Origin: Gonapodya sp. JEL0774
Taxonomy: Eukaryota
Assembly (NCBI GenBank): GCA_027604505.1
Contig: JADIIX010000044.1
Span: 1 to 64,000 of the forward strand
Length of the DNA stretch: 64,000 bases
Reading direction: 5' to 3'
Position 1 is the first letter of the stretch; each line of letters starts with the position of its first letter. Positions 36,812-49,966 of this stretch are shown here, piece after piece. The position numbers were made by a program, and so were the translations under genes. The notes beneath the pieces are model-generated. The model was not told the DNA's origin and made no database searches. It saw only the letters and a program-made list of their open reading frames with translations.

Positions 36812-38632
36812 ATGGCAGAACCAGAACGCGGAGACGGTGAGAAGCAGCACGCTTTATCAACAGATGTCATTCCACCTCTGCATCGAAACCCCCTCCTTGC
36901 ACACTTCGCCCCAAAGCCATCCACGAAGACGAACCCTTCAACACGCTCGTTCGCGCCCTGCAACCCCGTCTCTCCGCCGCAGGCCTCCCTGTCCCCACGC
37001 TTACCCTCGCGCGTTTCCCGTCGACAGGCCGTGGTCTGATGGCCACCCGTGACATCGATCCGGGCCAGGCCATTGTCTCCATTCCCCACAAGGATCTCAT
37101 CACCGTGGCCACGTTGAACCCTGCGTCGATCCGGACGCTCGAGCTTCCCGAGCATCTCTTGCTGACGGTGTGGATTTTGATCACGACGGGGCGGCATAAA
37201 TTTGTGGACGGGCACGAGCCCGTCCCCAGCGTTTACTCGTACGAGAACGTTTTCTGCACGCTGTTGCCGAGATCGTTCGAGACTGTCGCGATGACATGGA
37301 AAGAGGAATGGGTGAATTCCTTGTTTGGTAAATCTACGTCTGGTTGGTTTTCGGTTCTGCTTCGTGTCGTGGCACTGGCTTCATGTAACTTACTTACTTC
37401 CCCCCCATGAACCGGCGTGTAGCGCTCATCTTGCACCGCCGTAGCGAGCTGCTCAAAGACTTTGAATTACTGTCTCATGCACTTTCTCAAGCAAAAGAAC
37501 TTGAGTTGGCGAATCTTGCGACGGATTTGACCTACCAACGCTTCGAATGGAGTTGGATGTGTGGTGCGTCGATAAACACAACCACGCTTGGTCGAGGAAC
37601 CATATTCTCATTGAATCTCAGTAAACACGCGGTGCATATCTCTCAAGGTACCTTGTGCTGAAGGTAGCACAATATCACCATATCGTCCACCGTGTGAAAT
37701 GGCGCTCGCGCCGTTCCTGGATTTGCTCAATCACACATCGACAGCGCAGGTGAACTTGCACAGATGACCAATCTTGTACTGACTTGAGCTTTCTTTGTTT
37801 TCTTTATTGATATATCGTTTGTGGCTTCATTTTCATTTAGTGCACAGCTCAACACGTGAGATTGACCGATGGAACTCGGGCATTCTCGATTCGTGCAGAG
37901 AAAATGATTCCTCGCTCAAGCGAAGCTTTCATCCACTATGGAGCGCACAGCAATTTGTTTCTTCTCACAGAGTACGGTTTCGTGGAGCGTAAGAATGTTC
38001 ACGATGCTGTGGTATTTGAGATGGACATGGTTGAAGTGGTGGTGTTGCAGTTGTTGAGAGGATCAGCTCCGCTTCGGGAAGCAGATGCGGCCCAAATCGC
38101 CGAAAGAATTCTGGAGATTGCTGGTCGAGAAGTGGGAGCAAGGTGAGCTGCAGTACTGGAAGATGTCAAATTTTGAGACTGTGTCACTTCGCGTGTTTCA
38201 AGTGATCTGGCGTTGTACTATACGGAACCGTCTTACCAGCTTCAAAATTTGATGGCTCTGCTGAGCTTTGTTTTGTCCGCTGTGAGAACCCCTCTGATGG
38301 CACATACGGGCTCCCACGGGTTGACTGCTACTGTCGATAAAGCAATCAGGCAAGCACAAGCATTCTGGAAGGCATGGGCACTTGGTCAGCACGCTCCTCT
38401 ATACAAGGATTTTCCGATTGATACGGCTATTGCGTCATCCTTGGTGGTTTGGCGTGCTGTGCAGGAGGTTGCACTCCGTTCAGTCACCGCATTCTCCTCT
38501 AGAATCATGGATTTTCGAAACTCAAATTATTCCTTCACTATCCCACATCATGTTTTGGAGATGTGTGAAGCCTTGTATGGCTCTCAAAGAGATCTCATTG
38601 AAACATGTAAATGGGAGCTGCAATTGGAATAG
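36812..38632 (+). CDS. SET-domain protein lysine methyltransferase (SETD4/Rkm2-like)
   Basis: FPSTGRGLMATRDI, VNTRC, LAPFLDLLNH and FIHYGAHSNLFLLTEYGF. Confidence 0.88.
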
Positions 38633-38777
38633 AAACGTCTTGATGACGTACCCATTAGCTGTATGCAACAAAAAGTCATCAGTGAGCGCAGTTGTGAATA
38701 ATTGCCGGATGATGAAAGGCAGCAGCAACACATCACATGAGTAAATCAAACCTTTGTTCTGTCAAGCCATTATTTAC

Positions 38778-41762
38778 ATGACTTCTGCTCCAACAATCAT
38801 GAAGCGTGCGGCAGACACGATTACTGATGGTGAACCTTCAGAGAACAAGAAGCAACGGACAGAAACGGACGCTCGTGGAGCTGATGCAGTCACAAACCTC
38901 GAAATGGGCAACACAGAGGTGAAGCCCGAACTCGTCCAAGAGCAGGGTCAGGATGTCGATCACGAGATGCCCATTAATCCCGATCCTTATCCGCTTGGAG
39001 GCGATGATGGTGGTGCGGGGGGAATGGAAGAAACTGGTGGTACTGTGAATCTATCGACCTCATCACCCCAAGTTGACACTGGCGCTCGCTTCAAGGTGTG
39101 GTCGGAGACCTCAGATTGACTCATTGGCTTTATGGTTATGTGTGTCTGGAATTCTATTAAGCTCCAATTGGGTAACGTCTACAAGTTCAGTAATCGAAGT
39201 GATGTGGAGAACTTCTGCAAAAAGAATGGGGTGAAAACCGCAAAAGTGAAGAAGATTCCGAGTCTGGAACACGCATTACTTACGTTTTTGGTGTGTCTGC
39301 TGTGCATTATCATTTTTCGCGTGATTCTTGTTGCTGACCGTTTGTGTTTTTGACCACAAGTCTGAAAGCGAAATGATAGCTGCCATGGAGGCACTTCAGG
39401 GCAAGGAGATGAAGGGTAGAGCCATCTCCGTATCCATTCTTGGGGTCAGTGGGCTTACATGAAACTTTGTGTGATAATTATTCCTCAACTTTGACCACCC
39501 AGGTCAATACCTTTAACCGGCGTAAACCTGCGAAGAATGACCAAGCACCTGAAGACGATCGATCACCCGCGGAGCGCCTTGCTGATCAAGTGACTGTATG
39601 CATTCTGTTGCTTGCAACTCCGTTTTCCAAAAGCCTCATCCCTGACATGTTAGCCCCTATGGAGGAAATCTTATCAAGAACAATTGGTAACAAAATCAAA
39701 CGACTTGAAGAGGATTCTTGGAAAGAGGGGCTTTGTTTCGGAACTTCAAGCAATTCAGAAGGCTCGAGATGGTCAAGTGTCAGACCTTGAGTGGTTGGAA
39801 ACGAGGTTTGCCGATATATTTGCCGTACACAACTGATGTACTTGTTCACTTACCTGCATTTCTCTGGCTTGCAGCTTAAAAGCAAACGATGGTCTTCCTT
39901 GTCCCTTCCTTGATATCGTCCCATCTCCTGTCACAGAGAGTTATCGCACCAAGTGCGAATTCTCTGTCGGCCGCAATTTGTCACAGGAATTGACGGTTGG
40001 GTTCTTGCTTGGAGGATTCAGGGACGGCGACATGGCTGTCATGGTTCGTCAACAGCCATCATCAATTAAGTTAACCGTCAGGGAGGTTTTAATCACACTC
40101 CTGCACTAGGACCCATCCGAGACAAAGCACGTCAGCAAACCTGCACTGGCACTTGCTCGAATCATGCAGGTGAGAATCTGCTTTGGAATCCAACGCGAAG
40201 CATCCGGTTAACTGTGATTACTCTCCTTTTCAGAGCCATGTTCGGGAGAGTGAATACCCACCGTATGAGCGAAAAGCGAAATCGGGTGTTTGGCGACTTT
40301 TCGTCTGCAAAACCTTCCTTTCGGGAGAAAGTGAGTCCTCTCCACTGTAATTGTTACATTAATTAAGGACTTATGCGGTTGTTGAAAGACATGTTGGTTG
40401 TTCAAATCGACCCTCGCGGCCTCTCGGAGGAAGAAAGGCAGCTTGAGAAATCACGCTTGCGGCACCGATTCGTGGTGGGCGCCAGTGAGGCGGGCTTGAA
40501 ACTCACAAGTCTCATGTATCAAGTGAGATTAACGTTCAGTTTCTGATTTTGATCTAAACCGAATCGTATTGTAACCAAAGGAATGGTCCGGAGTGTTTGA
40601 CGGATTCACTGACAAGGCGCCTCTGGAACTCCTAGAGGGACAACGTTATGTCCATGAGGTTATTCGTGGTATAAAGTATGTGTGCCTGATGACGTACTTG
40701 GTTTGTTACTGACAGTTGTTCCTTAGATTCCGTATTTCTCCGTTTGCGTTCTTTCAAGTCAACACCCCTGCGACAGAAATACTCTATGGCATCATCTCGG
40801 ATTGGTGTGGTCTTTCGATTGCAAAAGACACCATCGTTTTAGGTGAGCTGGAGCGCTTGGCAGCGTTTTCACGATCTACAATTGCGAGATGCTCGTTGTT
40901 CCGTGGCCCTTCAAAGATCTTTGCTGTGGAACCGGTACCATTGGCCTCATATTGGCAGCTTTAGCAAATAAAGTGTATGGGGTTGAAATTGTGGCAGATG
41001 CTATCGCAGATGCACAGTACAATGCTCGTATAAACGGTGAGTCTGGTTCAATCGTTCCGACAATGTTCGTATTAAACATTGAAGAGTGCTCATGAGCAGG
41101 GATCACAAATGTGGAGTATATGTGTGGCAAAGTTGAAAACGTTGTCCCTGGTTTGATGAAGCGATTGGCCAAAGACGCAAAACTGGTCGCTGTGCTGGAT
41201 CCACCACGGGAGGGTGTTCGTAAGTTTATATTCACGCCATCCTTACTTCCTGCGGGCTCAAATCCCGTTCTGGCACGTTCAAGATGCCAGTGTGATTGAA
41301 GCGATTCGCGGATGTGCCGACCTGAAGCACGTGGTGTACGTTGCTTGCAATGCGGCCGCGGCCGCGCAAAACTTCGTCGCTCTCTGTAGACCGACCTCCA
41401 ACAAGTACAAGGGCAAGCCATTCCAGTTGTTAAGGGCTCAGCCAGTGGATATGTTCCCTCACAGCAAACCGGTTGAATTGATTCTGGAGTTTCGGAGAGA
41501 CCAACCGAGCCGCCAAGCTGCCACTGTGACAGCATTTGGCCAGGTCACTGGTGTGAGTGCAGGGCCTAGGTCGAATGCAGATGTTGGCGCGTCTACCGTC
41601 AGTGCATCGGTGCCATCGGGTGGAGGAAGTGGAGAAGAGCAGGCAATGGTTTCAAATTCTGCAACAATCATTAAGCTTGAAGCTGAGGCCGATGCGAATT
41701 CACCATTGGTTAAGCTTGAATCAGGAGTTGACACTGAATATCATCTCAAGGAGGAAGCATAA
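38778..41762 (+). CDS. TRM2: tRNA (uracil-5-)-methyltransferase, TRMT2A/Trm2-like
   Basis: RRM-like N-terminus, ERLADQVT, YRTKCEFS, FRISPFAFFQVN, DLCCGTGTIG, LDPPREG, VYVACN and PVDMFPHS. Confidence 0.93.
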
Positions 41763-41897
41763 TGAAAAATAGATGAGTATTTAGAAAGAGAGGGAAACAT
41801 TGATGAGGAATATATTTGGAAGACAGCAGAAGAGAGGAAATGGCTTTCACAGTAAATAGCTGGCTTTCATGTAAGTGTGGAATTGATGCAACGATGT

Positions 41898-43845
41898 TCA
41901 AACTTCCCTCTGTTCTAGTGCTTCCACAGAACGGACGAATGCGAGCGTACATCTGGCACTCCGTTCATCCGCTCTGCCACTTCCAAACCCCAGTGTTGTT
42001 GGTGCGAATCCTACTGCACAATGCCTGCGCGAGTCCCATTGAATGGCCGAACCACCGAGACCCCACCTACATAGAACGAGTGAAGGCCGAATAATACAAA
42101 AACAAAATACGAAAAGAAGAACATATTTAGCCCTACGAACCATCCGCACCACGACCAACCCTCTCCCATGTATTCTGTGGGAAAATAGAAAGTAGGTGGC
42201 AGTGTTTTCATGTCCGCTTTTCCAAAAACAAAAAAAAAAAAACACAGAAGCCGGAACGGATGTTTGAAACGATGGATACTTTGATACAAGAGAGCATAAG
42301 ATTGCAAACCTCGACATTGTGGTACAATAGTTCCAGGGGTGCTAAGAGCCCAACCACCCCAGACCGTTCGGACGGGGGCATTTGAGACCGCATCTGCAAA
42401 AGAGTTGAGAAAATGGCCGAGAGCTCGCAATCCCCTGACAATTCTTACCTGGCTGATCAATGTTGAGAGTCTCAATATTGTGTGCTTCTTCAAAAGTCTT
42501 CCGGTTTAGGAGTTCGAAGCCGTTATGGGAACCCTCCATCGCCATGACATTGGCAAAAGCAGCAAGCTAGAGCGCGTTCGTTAACGAGAGGGATATCAAG
42601 CTGTGACCGGTAAGACTTCGAACGACAAACAAATGCGCACACCCGCAGCATTGGTGAGTGTGAAAGCGCTGGGTGTTTGGCAACGCTGCACTTCTCGAAC
42701 GTTGCTATAACTCATAGTGTAGCACGTCAGTCAAGTATGGCGGGATTCCACCTGAAGCTCATTTCATGCCTTTGCAACACATTCTCCTCGGGGGCTGCCA
42801 CGTCTGCAATTCGAGTCCCGATTAGAGATTTGTAGTGTGGGAGCTGTGGTGCCCTCTTGGAAATTGCAATCATTTCTTTACATAGTGGCGACCAAAAGAG
42901 GTCGACAACGCGAGACTCCGCGGATTCCGGTAGCCCAACAAAAACGCTAACACCAAGCTTCTCACCCCAGGTACGCATGAGGTCACCTTGAGTAGTGTGC
43001 ATGGTGCGGCGCAGAACTATAGGTGTGTGGTTCGGCAGCAATTATTTCGGGGATCAAGGTGATCCTTTGTCACTCTCCGCGAGTGGTTCTCACGTTCGTT
43101 CAAGTACCACCCTCTTGTAACAGCGTGGTAGCATTTGGTTGTGACACCACCATAATTGTGTGGTTGCGGCGCGATGCGACGTGCAAGCGCGTCTAGGTCC
43201 TGCAACTCAGAGAGGGTGGGCTGATATGGGGGATCTAACCACGCAACACCCCCCTGTAGAGAGTGGTTGGGGGTCCATGAAAACGACGAGTCTTGAGCGA
43301 ACACAGCACGCGTCCCTCGCACGCACCATGTGCTCCAGCAAATCCTTTACAGAAACATCGCCTTTACCGCCTTGAGCAAATTCCGGCCATAGATCCCCCA
43401 CTTTTTGCTCCCATTTAAGTTTTCCCTCCGAAATAGCGTGGCAAACAGACATAGACATGAGAGCCTTCCCACCTGTGAGAATGACCATCAGTAAAACGGT
43501 GGAGAAACAGAAAGGACCCGTCTGGGAGCACTCACATGAATGAACAACATGAACTTTATCCTTTGTGAATGGTACAGAGTGCATTATGTCAGACCAACCT
43601 CCGACGAGATCAACGACTTTTTCCCCCATATCTATTTTCCGAGAACGGCCAGACCGTAAGCTCGGTAAAGCTCCTTGGGAAGAAAGAAGGGCACCAGGCT
43701 TACAATAGGCACAGAAACCCGCACCCCCCAGTTCCAATCCATCCTGAAAGATGGAGAGAAATGCTTCTCGAACCGCTTCGAATCCCGGTGCTAGTGTGCC
43801 GGAAACGTTATGCGGGTTGGAGGTGGAGTTGGTGCTTGTCATGGC
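41898..43845 (-). CDS. Beta-lactamase-family serine hydrolase
   Basis: GFEAVREAF, VVDLVGG, spliced SxxK (HSC|GKA), WPEFAQGGKGDVSVKDLLEH, YHAVTRGW and WGGLGGS. Confidence 0.9.
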
Positions 43846-44152
43846 GATGTTTCCTTGATTGGATACTGGAACCAAATTAAGAGAGGTGGAGCAGGATGGA
43901 GCTCGGAGAGAGATTCGTAAAACTGAATTCTATGAAAAGTTGCAGTGACACACTACGTGAGGGTGTTCGCGAAAATTAGTAGTATCGGCCAAATCTTTGC
44001 CGAAGACCTCGACCCATCGCGGCCGCTCCCCTTTTGCGAGTATCAGCGATCGCAAAGTAAATATTCGCGCAGGAACAGCATTTTTGCAGTGACTGTCTAG
44101 TAATTGGCAGTGTTGAAAAACGGCTCCAGCCCTCCACTTCGCCATTCTTTGC

Positions 44153-47100
44153 ATGTTCCCAGTGAGTCATCAATCGCGCATATATTCTTCTTAGTGACGG
44201 TTTAACGTGCCACAGGCGTTTGGTGCGAGCTTCCCACCTCACCAGCAACAACAGCAGCCGGGAAAGGTAGAACCGTTCAAGCATTACTTCTCACAGACCT
44301 CGCATGTATGAGAATCTCTTCTAACTCTGCAGGAGCCAAAGAGGAAAAGGAGTACGAAGGCATGTGACACCTGCCACAGGAAAAAGATCAGGTGCAATGG
44401 GGACCTGTGAGTAAACTGTGGATAAATGTCCTGCTGTAATGGTCACACAAGAGCGCAAGTCCTCATCTGTGGAATCAGCTGTGAAAGAACGACCTTCATG
44501 GAATGGACTATTGTGAGCAGATCGCTACTTCCTCCTGAGGATGATTGAGCAGATCGGAATGAGTGTGCGGCTATGTGGATCAGATGAGCGTGGAAGTGAG
44601 ATGGACGGACTGCCGCTCAGGGACTCGAAGCCTTTGCTATAATAGATGGCGTGGGGGAGATTCATTTTGTCGCAAGATCGTTGTGTTGTGCTTTCAAGGG
44701 TGCTCAAACGCTCGCTAATCAGTCCATTTCTTACTTCCAATCGAGTCCCTGCTCCAACTGCACGCACTCAAAGCAATCCTGCGCCTATACCCCGTCAGCG
44801 AAAAAGCGTGGTCCTCGCGTGGGGTACATTGAATCCCTCGAACGCCGCCTCTCGCAAATGGAAAACCTCCTCTCCACCCATGTCGGACCTCAATACCGCG
44901 ACCAACTTGCTTTAGCAGACGGAGACATGGATGGTGTCGATATGGGTGGAGCTGGAGACTACGGAGATGGTGATGATGGCAGGGCGAGTGTTGGAGACAC
45001 CACGAATATGAACGGGATGGGTGTTCCCAACATGCACAATTACTTGGATAGGATGGACGCGATGAGAGTCATGGGAAGCAACAATCCGCTCGGTGTGGAT
45101 GTTCCCCTCTCCATGCCAATGAGCCGCGTGGAAGACATGCAGACTCTGTCCAACGTGACCGCTGCTTCTGGCGTACAAAGTGGGCCAACAGGACCTGGAG
45201 GCGCCGAACCCTACGTATATGGCCCGTATCGGTTCCCTCATTTTATAACTCCTGGTGCGGGTAACTCACATAACCAGGAACCGATTGAATACTCTGACGC
45301 AGCATCTGAGTCCGCCACGGATCCACCTACAGAAGAGGAGGATGGCAATATCGGTGGAAGTGACGACGAGGTCATTCCTGCGCAGGCGAAGCGATTGCAA
45401 GGGAGGGCATCCGCGCCTGCTGTGGTTCGTACAGGGACCCAGAGTAGCGGTGGAGGGAACGGCAGAGGGAGTGGGAGAGGCGGACGCGGAAGGGGTAGGG
45501 GCCGGCCAAGAGGCTCAAGGGGGGGACGAGGTGCTTCGCAAGCGACTTCAGGAGAATATCCTCCAGAATCGGATGACATTCAGCGACGGATTCGGGTGAG
45601 GGGTGGTGGCCGGCTGGGTGGCATCATGCCACCGCAGATGAATGGGAGGAGCAGGGGAACCGGCGGACTGATTGTCGGAGAAGACGGTCAGCATTTCTCA
45701 GGAGGGAGTGCCCACGGGATAGGCGATGGTGCTTCTTCCTCTTCCGTTTCGTCCACTCCCCCAAATCCCAACTCGTCTGACTCAACTTGGCGTCCCCACG
45801 AAACTGCGGATGACATTGGAGGATACCCGTACACTTTCGGCAACCCGTCGTACAGTGGATTTCCTGTTCCTGTCCATCCACTCCCGATTCAACTCGGCGC
45901 AATTCCTCATTCCACTGTTGCATCTACACCACCGGACGGTCGAGAACCAAGTGTCACTTCAACCCACTCTGAGATGGGGAGCGGCTCTGTGCGTGTGGGC
46001 GGGAATGCCGGCTCCAGGAACTACGGGGCTGGGGGGACTGGTGCGCCCTCAATACAAGGGCTGGTGGATGCAGTAAGGTTGCAGTCTGGAATTGGAGTGG
46101 TTGGACATGGTGGCAATGGAGGCGGTATCCTTGGAGACGTTTCAGCTCAGATGCCACCAGTGGTTGTTCAGCCACAACCGGTGATTGAAGAAGAAGTGCA
46201 AGTGATCATGCCCTTGATCACGTTGTTTTTCAGTCATGTGTATCCGATTCTGCCGTTTGTACATAGGTGGGTGTTACTTTCCCTTGGGAGTAAGGGAATT
46301 GGCAGAGGGGTGTCCGAAGGAGACAACTCACGAAGAGGGTACTTGATCGGGAAGAAGATTCGTGCATTTGTTTGAGAGGACTCATCCCACCTCATAGGAA
46401 GTTAGATACCGTGTCGTTATCTCACAACGCACACGTACCCCTTCGTAGATCGTCCTTCTACGAGAAACTCATCCCCAAAAATCAACATCACCTCCTCCTC
46501 CTCAACTCCATTTACGCAGTATCCGCCCGATTTTCGTCCGATCCCACATTCATGCGAGATGTTCGCCGGCCCTATGAAGCTGGCGACGAGTTCTTCGCAA
46601 GAGCCCAGTCCATCCTTGCCACTTGCATGGACGTATCCACTGTGCCCACAACACAGGCGTTGTTGTTGTTGAGCTTACATGCTTTTGGGAGGGGCAAGTT
46701 CAGTCAGGGCTGGCTATATACCGGAATGGCGATCAGAATGGCGCAAGAGTTGAAGATGAATGTAGATTACGAAGATTTGCCGGGCTTGGATAAACAGGTG
46801 GGCTGGATTGAGAGAGAGACCAGGAGAAGGGTATGGTGGTCGTGCTTTGCATTGGTGAGTTAAATATTTGAGGGACCAACTATGCAATAGCTGGGCTCAT
46901 TATACCTCATACGGATCACGTGCCGTACAGGATCGTCAATCCGCCGCGGCCGCCGACCGCCCCTACACTATCGATGAACAGGATTGTCATCTCTCCTTGC
47001 CTTCGGACGAGACCATATGGGAACACACCAATCTATCTTTTCAGGACGATGATGGCTTGAATCTTTTTCAAAACTCTCGACTTCCCCGGATGCCATTTTT

Positions 47101-48724
47101 TAAAACTCTACCGTACCAGTTACCTGGCCCTAGCAGCCCACAATTGTCTCATTTTGCCCTCAACACAATCCTCGTGTATCTCTTCGGCAAGATACTTCGC
47201 CACATCAGCCAAAGCCACAAACCTTCTCGGCTTGCCCACCAGCCGTTCAGTCGCACTCCTATCACCATTGCTGCCGCCTCCCAGGGCCTGCCATCTTCAA
47301 GTCCGTCCCCTCAAGGTGTTGACCCTGAACTGGGTCTTCTGGACACCAGCTTAAGAAACTGGTACCGGGGCCTGCCGCCCGAACTAACTCATCCACACTT
47401 GTCGGGGCATTTGGAGAGCGTGTGGATTGGAGCATACTTGCAGATCTACTACCACGCGGCAATGATTGCGCTTCACCGGCCCAGTGCACATTACCCTCCC
47501 CAACCTTCAGGGTTGGACTACCCATATGGATCAGCACCACCGGGGGGGCCCAGAGTGCGTACGCCCGCTCCATTGCCTCTTGGAAAGGGATCTACCAGTG
47601 GCGGTGAAGCAGGAGATAACGGGGCCGCGCAAGGACACGTGTCAACGGATGAACGAGTGAATGGTGCAGTCGAGAATGATGGCAGGATAGACAAGAAGAG
47701 TGATGACCGCAAAACTCCGTCTTCCTCGCTTGGCGCAGGAAGTTTGAAGCAGCTACCCGTATGGCCCACGCCACTTTCGCGGGACATTTGTACCTCCTCC
47801 GCCGAGCGCGTGGCCAGAATAATTCAGGACTTCGTAGTACCGAATCCCTGGTTAAACCGATTCAATCCCTTTGCAGCGTATTGTATGTTCCACTCGGGAG
47901 TCGTTCATGTGATCAACATGCTGCACCCTTACGAAGTTGGTTCGGGTAGTGGTGCGTCTTCGTCCACTGGGTTGGGACTCGCGAACTTGGGGCTAGCGAC
48001 AAAGAAGCCAGAAGAACTTGTTGCATCCTCTAGGCAAAATCTGATCTCGCACATCATGGGACTCCGGCGGATGGGGAACTATTGGAGTTATGCCTTGAGG
48101 TATCTCGAAGCACTTGAGCAACTTCTCAGAGCAACTGGACTTCAAGATTGTATTCAGGACGCTAAAAATCAAGAAGAGGGGCATTTAGATGATTTGGAAG
48201 TGCAATCTGCCAAAGACGACGATGATGGGTGGGGCCGGGGCCTTCTGAACTACGGATTGGATGTCTTTGGCTTAAGTGTGGATGGAGGCAATCCAGCAAG
48301 TGCGTTTGCGTTCGCCCCGCCAACAATTGCACCCCTCGCCTTTGGGACATCGGCTCCGGTTTCGCGGCCGCGCTTGTCTTCCATCAGTCAATATGCTTTG
48401 CACCTTAACGGAGCTGGAGCTGGCCCCAGCGGGTTTCCATCAGTGGCTTCTACCACTTTCCCGGCGGCCAGTCTCTTTGGAGAGTCAAGTGTCTCTTCAC
48501 CAGTGCAGTCTGTCAGTGAGAAAGCCAATGGTGGGGAGGAGGTTTGGACTGAACGAGGTGGACAGGAGATGGAGCGTGATAATGGGGGAGCCCGTGAACC
48601 AGACCCCACCGATTCCACCAGGAGGCAGCTGCAGGAGCTCGCTTCGAGGTATCAGATGCAAATGCAGGAGCACGATAAACGCTCTCGCGATAATGTGAAG
48701 GAGGAACCAGCCGCAAACACGTGA
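44153..48724 (+). CDS. Zn(II)2Cys6 fungal transcription factor with Fungal_trans domain
   Basis: KACDTCHRKKIRCNGD|..PCSNCTHSKQSC..KKRGP; GWLYTGMAIRMAQEL...ERETRRRVWWSCF. Confidence 0.93.
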
Positions 48725-49966
48725 TCATTTTGTAATATTTTGATGGGGTTACCAGAGGAGTAAATAGGGACTCATTATCATGCCCATGTACTATGGCAAT
48801 TTCTCTCGTCTATCAATGTTTGATCTTTGGCGAACTGCTTGTTGCCCTGCGCTCCTTGTTCATAATGTTGGATGGTTGTGTAGCGACTAAACACGATTCT
48901 ATAACGTGCTGACATAAATAGCCGCGATCGCGAGGATAATGGCAACGACAGAGCCTATGACAATACTAATAGTGTGCTCGGACACAGCAGCCTTATCTTC
49001 TTGACCTTGTGAAAGATATCCAGACCCTTGAAGGCGACGAGTTGACAGGGAAGCGGAGGATGCATCGAAGTCGTATGAGCTCGACCGAGAGAGGTCCTGT
49101 GTATCAAAGCATCCGGCACAGCTAAATATCAAACTGATCCAAAAGCGCGGATATCTGGGCAATGCATCCTCACCGATCCGCTACCTACTGTCGACGAACT
49201 CGATCCCCGAATCTGGTCAATTCTAGATTTCAACAGCTTATTCTTGTAGTCATCAGAAGACCTCGAGGGCGAGAGTCAGTTACCCGCCAGGTGACAAAGG
49301 TTGGAAGAATCTTCCACTCACTCAAGACCAGTAGACGAACCAGCTGGAGTCCCGAACGCACTTCCCAGGTTGCTCGACGTACCGTCCATAAACTGATTTC
49401 GTGCCGCTCTCCTGGCCTGCCAGGTCATGAACCAGCATTTACGGAGACGTGTGATTGATTCATGATCGGGTTTGGAAAGTCAAAGGGAGCATCAGAGGAC
49501 GGTTTCACAGCCCCGCAAGTGAGATAAATCTGCATCGGGAGAGACCTTGGTGTTGGCAATGCGGCTCTCAAGACTTGCGATGGATAGGCTTGACATTGGC
49601 TGATATTCTGAAGTGGGGATGGCAGATGAAAGGTCTGAAAAGTGGTACCTGAGGGAGGGCTGCTGATGAGTGGCGAAGAAAGGCCGAAAACCAACCCCGA
49701 AACCCATCACGCACCTTGCTACACCAACTTATATCACGCGATGGGATTGTCCTTCGCTAAACGGGGTCTTTCTCTCCATGACTTTGCATCTCAGAGCCTG
49801 TGACAGACATATTTTTCAATCCTTTCCCCTCACAAAAACGACTCACGTTGTCATAATTCTTGTTGAACTTCCACTACAGGAAAGCGAAAGAACCCACTTT
49901 GGTAAAGGATGCTAAAAATTATATGTGGGTGCAACTACATAGTGAAATTGTAAATATCTGAATATG

